A DNA stretch of 64,000 nt from an uncultured Actinomycetota bacterium. Its GTDB lineage: Bacteria; Actinomycetota; Actinomycetes; Streptosporangiales; Streptosporangiaceae. Of the stretch, positions 1 to 9,090 are shown one piece after another; the stretch's first letter is position 1; each line of letters starts with the position of its first letter. The notes under the pieces are model-generated. The model did no database searches, was not told the origin of the DNA, and worked only from the letters and a program-made list of their open reading frames with translations. Where the stretch lies: contig CAWCGJ010000026.1 of NCBI GenBank assembly GCA_963795055.1, positions 38,074-102,073 on the forward strand, written 5' to 3'. The position numbers and the translations under genes are program-made.

Positions 1-689
1 ACCCCGGCGTTGCGGATCGAGTCGGTGTCCACGACCGCGGGCAATTCCGACACGTACGCGGCGAGGAAGTCGTAACGGCCCGCCGCGGTCCTGGCCCGGT
101 CGTACCGGATCCGGCGGACCTCCTTCAGGCCGCCGCGCAGCAGCTCGTTGGCACGGTCCTGGATCACCGAGGTGATGTCGGTGGCCGCCGGGCCGCCGTC
201 GGGCGGGTTGTACTTGAACCCCCCGTCCTCGGGCGGGTTGTGCGACGGCGTGACCACGATCCCGTCGGCCAGGCCGCCAGAGGCCGGCCGTTCCTCGTTG
301 TAGACCAGGATCGCGCGAGACAGCGAGGGCGTCGGGGTGTAGCCGTCCCGGCTGTCCGCCAGCACCGGCACGTCGTTGGCGATCAGCACCTCGAGCGCGG
401 TGGCGAAGGCCGGCTCGGACAGCGCGTGCGTGTCGCGGCCGATGAACAGCGGGCCGGTGATCCCGGCGCGGGCGCGGTAATCGCAGATCGCCTGGGAGGT
501 CGCGGCGATGTGGTCGTCGTTGAACGACAGCCGGAAGGCCGAGCCGCGGTGGCCCGAGGTCCCGAACGAGACCTGCTGCCCGGGCTCGGCCGGGTCCGGG
601 TGCTCCGCGTAGTAGGCGGTCACCAGCGCCGCGACGTCGACGAGGTCGGCCTGGCTGGCTGGCTGTCCGGCCCGCTCGTTCCCCTGCAC
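1..689 (-). CDS. pgm: phosphoglucomutase, alpha-D-glucose phosphate-specific (N-terminal part; gene runs off the left edge)
   Basis: Absent from the ORF track because it is open at the window edge. Hand translation of the minus strand from GTG at 689 (GGAGGA 7 nt upstream) gives MQGNERAGQPASQADLVDVAALVTAYY...QVSFGTSGHRGSAF...IVVTPSHNPPEDGGFKYNPPDGGPAAT. The TxSHNP phosphoserine loop and GTSGHRG are PGM/PMM superfamily hallmarks. Confidence 0.85.
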   Translation of the reverse strand, partial: MQGNERAGQPASQADLVDVAALVTAYYAEHPDPAEPGQQVSFGTSGHRGSAFRLSFNDDHIAATSQAICDYRARAGITGPLFIGRDTHALSEPAFATALEVLIANDVPVLADSRDGYTPTPSLSRAILVYNEERPASGGLADGIVVTPSHNPPEDGGFKYNPPDGGPAATDITSVIQDRANELLRGGLKEVRRIRYDRARTAAGRYDFLAAYVSELPAVVDTDSIRNAG

Positions 690-790
690 TGGCCACTCCT
701 CCGGTCGAGGCGGGTGCGTCCCGGCATCTCCACCACACTAGAGCGCGCGCGGGCCGGTCCGTCCAGCCGCCCCGGGGGCGCCGGATGCCG

Positions 791-2464
791 CTAGGTGATC
801 GGCGGGAGGGTCTGGCCGGGGCCGAGCACGGTGCGGAACGGGTCGCCGCGCTGGGCCAGCCGGTCCGGCACGGTACGGATCGTGATCCCGTCAGGTTTCA
901 GCGACGGGTCGTCGAGCTCGTCCCAGTCGATGGGCGCGGACACCGGCGCACCCGGCGCCGGGCGGGGGCTGTACGGCGCGACCAGCGTCTTGTTCTTGAC
1001 GTTCTGGGTGTAGTCGAGCCGGGCCCGGCCCTGGCGCGCCCCGACGTCCCACTCCCAGCTGACCAGGTCGGGCACGACCGAGCCGACCGCGCGCGACAGC
1101 TGCTTCACCCACCCGCGGGTCTGCTCGTAGCTGGGCCCGCGGGTGATGGGAATCCAGATCTGCAGGCCGGTGTGCCCGGTCAGCTTGGGCTGGGCACGCA
1201 CGCCCAGGTGCTCCAGCGCGGTGCGGTGCAGCCGGGCCAGGACCAGCACGTCATCCCAGGACGTGCCGGCGCCCGCGTCGATGTCGATGAGCGCGTAGGT
1301 CGGCAGCAGCGGCTCGTCGGTGCGCGCGGTCCAGGCGTGCCACTCCAGCGCGCCGAAGTTGGCCGCCCACACCAGCGCGGCCGGCTCGTCCACGACCAGG
1401 TAGGTGGTGACGTCCCCCGGGTCGGCGTTGGGGTTGTCCCAGCGCGGGAGCCAGTCGGGCGCGTGATCGGGCAGCTGCTTGTGCCAGAAGCCGTGGGTGT
1501 CGGCGCCGCCGGGGAAGCGGTGCATGTTGAGCGCGCGGCCGGCCAGGTACGGCAGGATGACCGGGGCGATCCGGGCGGCGTAGCCGATGAACTCGCGCTT
1601 GGTCACCGGCTCCTCGCCCGGGCGGGCCGGGAACATGACCTTGTCCAGGTTGGTCACCCGCATCCGGCGGCCGAACACCTCCCAGGCCCCGCCGCCCGGT
1701 CCGAGGGCGGCGAGCGCATCCAGCTCGGCGGGGTCGGGCCCGGGCGGCAGGTCGCGGGCGGCCTGCTCGCCGATGGCGACCGACGCCTCCGCGGGCGGGA
1801 GCTCGTTCAGCCACATCCGGTCGGGGTGGGCCTTGACCTCGTCGTTGGTACGCCCGCTGAGCACCGACCTCGGGTGGTCCTCCGGGTTCCAGCCCTTGAC
1901 GGCGTACTGATCGTGCTTGTGCAGCAGCAGCCACTGATCCTGGTCGGCGTCGCGGGAGTCGCGGCGCACCAGGATCAGGCGGCCCCGTAGCTTCTCCCCC
2001 TCGACGTCGGCGTGGAAATCGCCGCCGGCGACCGCGGCCGCGGGGTCATCGGTGGCGTGTGGTGCCCACGTGCCCTGGTCCCACACGATCACGTCACCCG
2101 CGCCGTACTCCCCGGCCGGGATAATGCCCTCGAAGTCGAAGTACTCGATCGGGTGATCCTCCACGTGGATCGCGGTGCGCCGCACGTCCGGGTCGAGCGT
2201 CGGTCCCTTGGGGACGGCCCAGCTCACCAGCACTCCGTCGATCTCGAACCGCAGGTCGTAGTGCAGGCGGCGGGCCCGGTGGCGTTGCACGACGAACCGC
2301 CGGGCACCCGCGGAACCTGGCCGGGGCGGCGCGCCCGCGGGCTCGGGGGTGCGCGCGAAGTCCCGCTTGCCCTGGTAGGCCGCCAGCCGCCCGGAAGCCG
2401 GCTGGCCGGGCTTCCCCGGCGTCCCCGGGTTGGCTGCCTTCTTGCGCTGGCTCGGTGACGGCAT
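791..2464 (-). CDS. ligD: LigD-type NHEJ protein with 3'-phosphoesterase plus polymerase/primase domains; no ligase domain visible
   Basis: 557-aa ORF. The N-terminus matches the LigD PE domain (KRDFARTPEP...RFVVQRHRARRLHYDLRFEIDGVLVSWAVPKGPTLDP...VEDHPIEYFDFEGIIPAGEYGAGDVIVWDQGTW). The C-terminal half matches the LigD Pol domain (VMFPARPGEEPVTKREFIGYAARIAP...IDIDAG...KLTGHTGLQIWIPI). Confidence 0.85.
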   Translation of the reverse strand: MPSPSQRKKAANPGTPGKPGQPASGRLAAYQGKRDFARTPEPAGAPPRPGSAGARRFVVQRHRARRLHYDLRFEIDGVLVSWAVPKGPTLDPDVRRTAIHVEDHPIEYFDFEGIIPAGEYGAGDVIVWDQGTWAPHATDDPAAAVAGGDFHADVEGEKLRGRLILVRRDSRDADQDQWLLLHKHDQYAVKGWNPEDHPRSVLSGRTNDEVKAHPDRMWLNELPPAEASVAIGEQAARDLPPGPDPAELDALAALGPGGGAWEVFGRRMRVTNLDKVMFPARPGEEPVTKREFIGYAARIAPVILPYLAGRALNMHRFPGGADTHGFWHKQLPDHAPDWLPRWDNPNADPGDVTTYLVVDEPAALVWAANFGALEWHAWTARTDEPLLPTYALIDIDAGAGTSWDDVLVLARLHRTALEHLGVRAQPKLTGHTGLQIWIPITRGPSYEQTRGWVKQLSRAVGSVVPDLVSWEWDVGARQGRARLDYTQNVKNKTLVAPYSPRPAPGAPVSAPIDWDELDDPSLKPDGITIRTVPDRLAQRGDPFRTVLGPGQTLPPIT

Positions 2465-2470
2465 CGCGGC

Positions 2471-3436
2471 TCACAGGCCGAGCAGCCGGGTGGCGTTGTG
2501 GTGGCAGACCGCGCGCAACCAGGCCACGCCCAGGTCCAGGCGGGCCAGGGCCTCGAGCTGGTGCAGGTACGGATAGGGAATGTTGGGGAAGTCGGTGCCC
2601 AGCAGGATGCGGTCGGCCGCTTCTGCCAGCCGGGGCCGCAGCGCCGCCGGGAACGGCATCAGGCGCTCGAAGAACCCGGTGAACGCCATCGTGGTGTCGA
2701 GATACACGCCGGCGTGCCTCCGCATGAGGTCGAGGAACTCGCCGTACTCGGGCGCCCCGAGGTGCGCGACGATCATGACCAGCCCCGGGTGGCGCGCGAG
2801 CACCTCGGAGATCGGCCCGGGACCGGTATAGCGGCCCGGCGTCGGCCCCGATCCGCAGTGCACGATGACCGGCACGCCCGCCTCGGCGAGCGACCCCCAG
2901 ACCGGGTCGAGCAGGTCGTCGCGGGGGTCATAGCCGCCGACCTGCAGGTGCGCCTTGAACAGGCGCGCCCCGGCGCCGATGGCCCCGGCCACGTACCGGT
3001 CGGCGCCAGGTTCGGGGTAGAACGTGGCGCTGTGCAGCGCGTCCGGAGTCCTGGCCGCGAAATCGGCCGCCCAGGAGTTGAGCCACGCCGCCATGCCGGG
3101 CTTGTGCGGGTAGGCCAGCGCGCCGAACCGGCGCACGCCGAACGCCCGCAGCAAGGCGATCCGCTCCTGCTCGGGCCGCCGGTACACGACCGGCCACGCC
3201 TGCCCCGCCTCGCGGCCTGCCTCGAAGTAGCTCCAGACCTTGTCCAGCACGTTCGGAGGCATGAAGTGCGTGTGCACGTCCACCAGCCCGGGCAATCCGA
3301 GGTCCTGCCAGAACGCGACGACCGCGGCCGACTCGTCGGCCGCCACGGACTCTCCCCCGAAGGCGTCACCCACCCCGTCAGCCAGGACGACCTCGCTAGC
3401 CGGGGCGGCGCTTGAGTCGTCCTGTCGGGTCACCAC
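2471..3436 (-). CDS. amidohydrolase family protein (Amidohydro_2-like metal-dependent hydrolase)
   Basis: 321-aa ORF with the VDVHTHFMPP metal-binding motif and later HCGSG / HLGAPEY / LLGTDFP motifs typical of TIM-barrel amidohydrolases. It ends 6 nt before the ligD start, so the two are probably co-transcribed. Confidence 0.8.
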   Translation of the reverse strand: MVTRQDDSSAAPASEVVLADGVGDAFGGESVAADESAAVVAFWQDLGLPGLVDVHTHFMPPNVLDKVWSYFEAGREAGQAWPVVYRRPEQERIALLRAFGVRRFGALAYPHKPGMAAWLNSWAADFAARTPDALHSATFYPEPGADRYVAGAIGAGARLFKAHLQVGGYDPRDDLLDPVWGSLAEAGVPVIVHCGSGPTPGRYTGPGPISEVLARHPGLVMIVAHLGAPEYGEFLDLMRRHAGVYLDTTMAFTGFFERLMPFPAALRPRLAEAADRILLGTDFPNIPYPYLHQLEALARLDLGVAWLRAVCHHNATRLLGL

Positions 3437-3741
3437 TCAAGTCTGCCAGCGCCCGGCCCGGTCTCCCGGACCCGCCCGCCAGCGAACCCGACCCACCAGG
3501 CCGGATCACAGCGACCCGCCCTGGCCCAGACGATGATCATCTTTCATCTTTTCATTGGTTCGGTGGGCATAATTCGGTCATATCACGCCCGGAAATGCCT
3601 GGATCGCGTGAAATGAAGTGAAGGATCAAGGGTTTGGACCGGGAGGAAGGGACCGGCGGCGACGGTCCTTCGGGCCGACGCTCAGCCGTGGGCTGGGGTC
3701 GGCTGTGGGCGGGGCGGGCGGGCAACTCCGGGCGGGCACAA

Positions 3742-3771
3742 TTGAAACGTGTTCTAGTTACCTCGTAGGCT
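3742..3771 (+). promoter_or_regulatory. candidate sigma-70 (HrdB-type) promoter for the SDR gene
   Basis: TTGAAA (3742-3747), an 18-nt spacer, then TAGGCT (3766-3771, fits TAnnnT). It lies about 36 nt upstream of GTG 3808, with GAAGGAG as the RBS. Pattern match only. Confidence 0.3.
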
Positions 3772-3807
3772 GGCCCCACTCACCCCGAGAGCGGTGAAGG
3801 AGCTCCG

Positions 3808-4602
3808 GTGATCCTGGATCGTTTCCGCGTCACCGACAGCGTGGCGGTGGTGACCGGCGCGGGCCGCGGCATCGGCGCGGCCACGGCCATCGCGCTGGCC
3901 CAGGCCGGGGCCGACGTGCTGATCTCGGCGCGTACCGAGGACCAGCTGGCCAAGGTCGCGCGCGAGGTCGAGGCCGCCGGGCGCCGCGCCGTCGTGGTGC
4001 CCGCCGACCTGGCCGATCTCGACGCGGCCGCGGGGCTGGCGGCCGCCGCGGTCGATGCGTTCGGCCGGCTGGATATCGTCGTGAACAACCTCGGCGGCGC
4101 CATGCCGAGGCCGTTCCTGGCGACCAAGGCGCGACACCTGGCGAACGCGTTCCAGTTCAACGTGGCCACCGCGCACCAGCTCACGCAGGCCGCGGTCCCG
4201 CACCTCCTCGACACCCCCGGCCGGGCCGGCACGGTGATCAACATCTCCTCGGTCGTCGGCCGGGTCGCCGGCCGCGGCTACCTCGCGTACGGCACCGCCA
4301 AGGCGGCCGTGGCCCACTACACCCGGCTGGCCGCGGCCGACCTCGCGCCCCGGATCCGGGTCAACGCGGTAGCGGTCGGCTCGGTGGCGACCTCGGCGCT
4401 CGACATCGTGCTCACCGACGACGCGCTGCGCGGCCAGATGGAACGGGCGACGCCGCTGCGCCGGATCGGCGATCCCGAGGATGTCGCGGCCGCCGTGCTC
4501 TACCTGGCCTCGCCGGCGGGCGGCTACATCACCGGCAAGGTCCTCGAGGTCGACGGCGGCCTGGAGCAGCCCAACCTCGATCTCGGCCTCCCGGACCTCT
4601 GA
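3808..4602 (+). CDS. SDR family oxidoreductase (short-chain dehydrogenase/reductase)
   Basis: 264 aa. It has the TGAGRGIG cofactor motif ([16 protein letters not shown]), NNLG, and the catalytic YxxxK ([11 protein letters not shown]). A GAAGGAG RBS sits 5 nt before the GTG. Confidence 0.9.
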   Translation: MILDRFRVTDSVAVVTGAGRGIGAATAIALAQAGADVLISARTEDQLAKVAREVEAAGRRAVVVPADLADLDAAAGLAAAAVDAFGRLDIVVNNLGGAMPRPFLATKARHLANAFQFNVATAHQLTQAAVPHLLDTPGRAGTVINISSVVGRVAGRGYLAYGTAKAAVAHYTRLAAADLAPRIRVNAVAVGSVATSALDIVLTDDALRGQMERATPLRRIGDPEDVAAAVLYLASPAGGYITGKVLEVDGGLEQPNLDLGLPDL

Positions 4603-4766
4603 CCGGCCCGGTCAGGCCCGGGGCGCAGCGGCGCCTCGCGCTGGTCGCGGCGGTCGCCATGCCCTCGGTCCGGCCTGAGCCGGCGTCATCATCGAGGGGC
4701 GGATGCGCTCACGCTCGCCGTGGACCGTGCCCGCCCTTGTCGGACGGCCGGTCGGCGCCAGTCAGG

Positions 4767-6173
4767 TCAGCTGACCAGCCACCGAGTGGTCTGCGCCGGG
4801 CGGTTCGGTATGAAGCGCCGCACCTTGCCGGTGAGCGGATCACGGGAGATCTCGTCGACCATCCGCACGCGGACCCGGGGCCGCGCCAGGCCCGCCCGGC
4901 GCAGGCTCCGCTCCAGGCGGCCCGCGAGCGCCGCGGCGCCGACGGCGCCGTCCGGGACGCACGCCACGTCGACGCCCTGTTCGGTCTGCCGGACCTGGTA
5001 CTCACGCACCGCCGACGCGGCGACCAGCGTGCTGCGGAGCACGTGCGGATGCACTTCCAGCCTGCCATAACGGAACGGCTCGTCGGCTCGTCCCTCCACG
5101 GCGGCTCGCAGGTACCCGTCACCGGGCGGGCCCGGCGGGCGGACGAAGCGGTCGGTGAGCTCGTACCGGATCAGCGGCTGGGTGTAGTTGTGCAGGTTGG
5201 TGATCAGGACCTTGGCCGATGCCGTGCCGTCGGGCACCGGCTGGTTGGCGGCGTCGACCAACTCGACCAGGCACAGGTCGGTCGCGAAGCGCAGTACCGG
5301 CCCGCCCGGCTCGCTCTGGCCCACGAGGCCCTCGGTGGAGACGAACTGGTTGACCACCGGCACCCCGAACGCATCTGCGATCGCGGTGCGGTCCCGCGCG
5401 GTAAGTACCTCGGAATTGGCCGTGACCGAGCGCGGCGCGATCCGCAGCTGGCCGCCCCGCTGCTCCCGGGCGAGCTCGGCCAGCTTCGACGGGTAGCCGA
5501 GCAGCGCGGGCGGCTGGGCGGCGTTGAGGCGCCGGACGATCTCCGGCAGCGGGAGCGTGGCCGGCGCGGCGATCAGCCGGACCGGGGGGCCGGCCGCGAC
5601 CGCAGCGCCGAAGCCGCTGGAGTGCACGGGCGACGCCGCGCCGATGATGGCGATCACCATTTCCTCGGGCGGCGGGCCGCCGGCCGCCGTCATCCTGGCC
5701 CGCGCCTGCCGGACGACGGAGGCAACGAACTCGGTGTACTCATCGAGCGCCTGGACGAAGACGCCGCGGAGCCCCGAGCTGCCGCCGGACACCAGGCACA
5801 CGTACCGGCCCAGCAGCAGCGCCGGCTCGGCCGTCGAGGCGGCGAGGTGCCGCTCGACCAGGCTGCGGGTTAGCCGGCGGTCGGTCACGATCTCGTCGAA
5901 GCCCGCCATCATCTGGCCCTTGGTCATCGTAGGCAGCCGGGGCAGATCGGCCAGCTCGAAGCGGCCGGGGTCGAGCCCGCTCAGCCGCCGGGCGTGGAAC
6001 GGGGACCGCTCGGCGGCGTGGCTGAGCAGCGCGCGCAGGCGCTCGCGCTGGTAGTCGGCCAGCCGATCGGCGTCCCAGCCGAGCCGCTCGACCTGGCTCT
6101 CGAGATCGCGCGCGAGGCTGGACGCCGCACGAGCCTGAAGCGCGCGGCGCTCGGCCGCGCGGGCCACGGTCAT
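4767..6173 (-). CDS. phenylacetate-CoA ligase family / F390-synthetase-related adenylate-forming enzyme
   Basis: 468 aa. It has a P-loop-like SGGSSG motif (CLVSGGSSGLRGVFV) and the overall PaaK/F390-synthetase layout. Its start overlaps the upstream TetR stop by 4 nt. Confidence 0.7.
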   Translation of the reverse strand: MTVARAAERRALQARAASSLARDLESQVERLGWDADRLADYQRERLRALLSHAAERSPFHARRLSGLDPGRFELADLPRLPTMTKGQMMAGFDEIVTDRRLTRSLVERHLAASTAEPALLLGRYVCLVSGGSSGLRGVFVQALDEYTEFVASVVRQARARMTAAGGPPPEEMVIAIIGAASPVHSSGFGAAVAAGPPVRLIAAPATLPLPEIVRRLNAAQPPALLGYPSKLAELAREQRGGQLRIAPRSVTANSEVLTARDRTAIADAFGVPVVNQFVSTEGLVGQSEPGGPVLRFATDLCLVELVDAANQPVPDGTASAKVLITNLHNYTQPLIRYELTDRFVRPPGPPGDGYLRAAVEGRADEPFRYGRLEVHPHVLRSTLVAASAVREYQVRQTEQGVDVACVPDGAVGAAALAGRLERSLRRAGLARPRVRVRMVDEISRDPLTGKVRRFIPNRPAQTTRWLVS

Positions 6174-6802
6174 GATCCGCTCGATCCGGTGGGCGCGCCG
6201 CCCGGCGGCGACGACGACTCGAGCAGCTGGGCGATCAGCTTGCCCTGCTGCGGGCCGGCCAGGGCGTCGGGGTTGGCCGCCTGCTCGAGCGTGGCTCCGG
6301 TGCTCACGGCCAGCAGCAGCTCCGCCAGCGGCCGGGGCGCGAGCGCGAACTCGGCGCCGGAACGCTGGCCGATGCCCGCCAGTACGCTCGCCATCGCGTC
6401 CACGGTGCGGGCGTGCGCGGCCGCGTAGCGCTGGCTGAGCTCAGGGTCCCGGGCCGCGTGCACCCGGAACTCGATGACCAGCAGTAGCCAGCCCGGCGGG
6501 GCCTGGTCGCCACGGACCAGGTGGTCGAGGAGGACGGCCAGGTCGCCGACGGACAGGTCCCCGGCCAGCCGGGCGTTCTCCTGCGCCCGTTCCTCGATCC
6601 TGGCCTCGAGCAGGGCCAGGAACAGGTCGGCCTTGCTCTGGAATTGTGAGTACACGACGCCCTTGGAGAAGCCCGCCTCGTCGGCGATCTGTTCGAGGGT
6701 GGCGGCGTGGTAGCCGCGGGCCAGGAAGACCCGGCGCGCGGCCGACAGCAGCAGCGCCCGGTTGCGCTCGGACTGCTGGGCTCGGTTCAGTCTCGGGCTC
6801 AT
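6170..6802 (-). CDS. TetR/AcrR family transcriptional regulator
   Basis: 210 aa. The N-terminal TetR HTH reads RNRALLLSAARRVFLARGYHAATLEQIADEAGFSKGVVYSQFQSKADLF. It is translationally coupled (ATGA) to the downstream ligase-like gene. Confidence 0.9.
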   Translation of the reverse strand: MSPRLNRAQQSERNRALLLSAARRVFLARGYHAATLEQIADEAGFSKGVVYSQFQSKADLFLALLEARIEERAQENARLAGDLSVGDLAVLLDHLVRGDQAPPGWLLLVIEFRVHAARDPELSQRYAAAHARTVDAMASVLAGIGQRSGAEFALAPRPLAELLLAVSTGATLEQAANPDALAGPQQGKLIAQLLESSSPPGGAPTGSSGS

Positions 6803-6817
6803 ACCTTCAGAATCTTA

Positions 6818-6830
6818 ATACCGATGGTAT
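6818..6830. promoter_or_regulatory. palindrome ATACC-GAT-GGTAT, candidate TetR operator
   Basis: Perfect 5+3+5 inverted repeat in an unusually AT-rich 40-nt stretch, 16 nt upstream of the TetR start codon (6802, minus strand). Confidence 0.35.
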
Positions 6831-6876
6831 CTTATGTGAAGAGGCCAAGGCGGGGCGGGGCCGGATCCTGGACAGA

Positions 6877-6963
6877 GGCCAGGACGGGCGCGGGCCGGGT
6901 AAAGGGGCCAGGACGGGCGCGGGCCGGGTAAAGGGGCCAGGACGGGGGCGGGCCGGGTCAGGT
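6877..6963. repeat. 29-bp tandem repeat, three copies
   Basis: The unit GGCCAGGACGGGCGCGGGCCGGGTAAAGG occurs at 6877-6905 and 6906-6934 (identical), with a diverged third copy at 6935-6963. A degenerate related stretch lies at 6843-6864. The array is intergenic, between the response-regulator stop and the TetR start. Confidence 0.9.
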
Positions 6964-6991
6964 GAGGAGGCCGGGGGGGACGCGCCCGGGG

Positions 6992-7672
6992 TCAGGAGCC
7001 CAGGTAGCGCAGGACCGCGAGCACGCGGCGGTTGTCAGCGTCCGACGGAGGCAGGCCCAGCTTGCCGAAGATGCTGGCCACATGCTTCTCAACCACTCCG
7101 GCCGAGACCACGAGGGCGGCGGCGATCCCCGCGTTGGACCGGCCCTCGGCCATCAGCGCGAGCACGTCGCGCTCGCGCGCGGTGAGCGTGGCGATGCCCT
7201 CGGCGTGGCGGCTGACCCGCACGAGCTGGCTGACCACCTCCGGGTCCAGCGCGGTCCCCCCGGCCGCGACCCGGGCCAGGGCGTCGGCGAACTCGGCCAC
7301 GTCCGCGACCCGGTCCTTGAGCAGGTAGCCGACGCCGGCCGCGTTGCCCTCCAGCAGCCTCGCCGCGTACCTGGTCTCGATGTACTGAGACAGCACGAGC
7401 ACGCCGGTTCCCGGGTGGTCGCGGCGCAGCTCGATCGCGGCGCGCAGCCCCTCGTCGGTGTGCGTCGGCGGCATCCGGATGTCGGCCACGGCCACGTCGG
7501 GACGATGCCGCGCCACGGCGGCCAGCAGCGCGTCCCCGTCGCCGACGGCGGCGACCACCCGGTGGCCGCGGTCGGTCAGCAGCCGGGCCAGGCCCTCGCG
7601 GAACAGCGCGGCGTCCTCGGCGATCACCACGCGCAGCGGCGGCGCGGCGCCCGGCGGCGGGGGGGCAGTCAT
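6992..7672 (-). CDS. NarL/FixJ (LuxR-type) response regulator
   Basis: 226 aa. It has a REC domain (LRVVIAEDAALFREGLARLL...DVAVADIRMPP) and a LuxR HTH (LTARERDVLALMAEGRSNAGIAAALVVSAGVVEKHVASIFGKLG). An ATGA overlap links it to the kinase gene. Confidence 0.9.
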   Translation of the reverse strand: MTAPPPPGAAPPLRVVIAEDAALFREGLARLLTDRGHRVVAAVGDGDALLAAVARHRPDVAVADIRMPPTHTDEGLRAAIELRRDHPGTGVLVLSQYIETRYAARLLEGNAAGVGYLLKDRVADVAEFADALARVAAGGTALDPEVVSQLVRVSRHAEGIATLTARERDVLALMAEGRSNAGIAAALVVSAGVVEKHVASIFGKLGLPPSDADNRRVLAVLRYLGS

Positions 7673-9075
7673 GCGCGCATCGGCAGCGTGACGGTGACCC
7701 GCGTCGGGCCGCCCGGCGGGCTCACGACCTCCATCCGGCCGTCCACGGTGCGCACGCGCTGGGCCAGCCCGGACAGGCCGCTGCCGCGAGCCGGGTCGGC
7801 CCCGCCGGCCCCGTCGTCGCTCACCCGCAGCACGAGAACCGCTTCCCGCTCGGTCAGCTCGACCGTGACCCGGTCCGCGTGACTGTGCTTGGCCGCGTTG
7901 GCCAGCAATTCCGCGGCGCAGAAGTAGGCGATCGTCTCGATGGCCGGCGCGGGCCGCCGCGGCAGGGACGCGGTCAGCTCGACCGGCACGGCACAGCTCG
8001 CGGCCAGGGTGGCGAGCGCGTCGGCCAGGCCGTTGTCGAGCGCGGGCGGGTGGATGCCGCGGGCCAGGTCGCGCAGCTCGACCAGGGCGTCCTTGGCGCC
8101 CTGGTGCGCGGCGTCGACCAGCTCCCGGACGTCGGGATCGGCGTCGGCCGGGAGCTTCTCCCTGGCCATGCCGAGGTTCATGGCCAGCGTGGCCAGCCGG
8201 ATCTGCGCGCCGTCATGCAGGTCGCGTTCGAGCCGGCGCAGCAGCGCCGCGGAATCCTCGACCGCCAGCGCCCGGCTCTGCTCCAGGTCGGCGACCCGCT
8301 GCGCGAGCCGGCCGGGGCCGAGCATCCCCCGCAACAGCCACACGTCGGCCGCGGCCGCGCCCCGGGCCACCCAGGGTGCGGCGAGGACCATCGCCGCGCC
8401 CGCGGCGAACGCGGCGAACGTTCCGGCCGGTGTCGTGACGCCAAACGAGCCGAACGGCGTGAGCACGGGCACCGGCTGTAGCACCGTCCCCGGCGGGTGG
8501 TTGCGGAACAGTGGCCACCAGAACGGATAGCTCAGGTTGGCCAGGCCCACGGCGGCGAAGAACACCGCGTAAATCTCGGCCACCACGACCGGCAGCTGCA
8601 CCAGCAGGTACGCGGCGGCCCGCCAGCCCGGACCGTCACGCAGCATCGCGCCGAGCCGCCCGGCCAGGCCGCGGCCGGGACGGCACGGCGCGGGCTCGCC
8701 GATCGCGGCGTCCAGCAGCCGCGCGGCCAGGTGGCGGTGCGCGGCGCCGAGCCAGCGGCCGATTCGCGGGAGCGCGATCACCAGCACGGCCAAGACCACG
8801 AGCAGAACCGCGACCAGCGGGAGGAAGACGGCCGGCTGACCTGACGACCCGCGGCCGGGCGACCTCAAGCCGGTCAGCAGCCCGACGGCGAGCAACAGCG
8901 CGAACGGCGCGGCCAGGACCACGAGCCCGAGGGCCGCCTCGGCCAGGCAGAACAGCAACTCGCGCGCGGTCCGGGCGGTGAACGGCGCCCGGACCGCGGC
9001 GCCGGGCAGCCTGGCCAGCGAGCCGTCCGGCCCGCGGCCGGACGGCCTACTGGCGCTGGCCGGGTTGACGCCCAT
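7669..9075 (-). CDS. sensor histidine kinase (HisKA_3 / NarL-partner class)
   Basis: 468 aa. It has a multi-TM N-terminus, the H-box LERDLHDGAQIRLATLAMNL, and a C-terminal HATPase_c (VSDDGAGGADPARGSGLSGLAQRV). Confidence 0.9.
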   Translation of the reverse strand: MGVNPASASRPSGRGPDGSLARLPGAAVRAPFTARTARELLFCLAEAALGLVVLAAPFALLLAVGLLTGLRSPGRGSSGQPAVFLPLVAVLLVVLAVLVIALPRIGRWLGAAHRHLAARLLDAAIGEPAPCRPGRGLAGRLGAMLRDGPGWRAAAYLLVQLPVVVAEIYAVFFAAVGLANLSYPFWWPLFRNHPPGTVLQPVPVLTPFGSFGVTTPAGTFAAFAAGAAMVLAAPWVARGAAAADVWLLRGMLGPGRLAQRVADLEQSRALAVEDSAALLRRLERDLHDGAQIRLATLAMNLGMAREKLPADADPDVRELVDAAHQGAKDALVELRDLARGIHPPALDNGLADALATLAASCAVPVELTASLPRRPAPAIETIAYFCAAELLANAAKHSHADRVTVELTEREAVLVLRVSDDGAGGADPARGSGLSGLAQRVRTVDGRMEVVSPPGGPTRVTVTLPMRA

Positions 9076-9090
9076 AGCTCAATTGTCCGC

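Noticed and set aside
240-1990. Plus-strand ORFs 240-794 and 785-1990
   Set aside because: They are Arg/Gly/Val-rich with no motifs. They lie antisense to pgm and ligD, which both have clear family signatures.
3744-3757. GAAAcgtGTTC upstream of the SDR gene as a fourth LexA box
   Set aside because: The half-site spacing is 3 rather than 4, and the left half is GAAA rather than GAAC. I read it instead as part of a -35/spacer region.
4600-4614. Palindrome TGACCGG-C-CCGGTCA at the SDR stop codon as a terminator
   Set aside because: A 1-nt loop is sterically impossible, so only a weak 5-bp stem could form. There is no supporting U-tract or conservation evidence.
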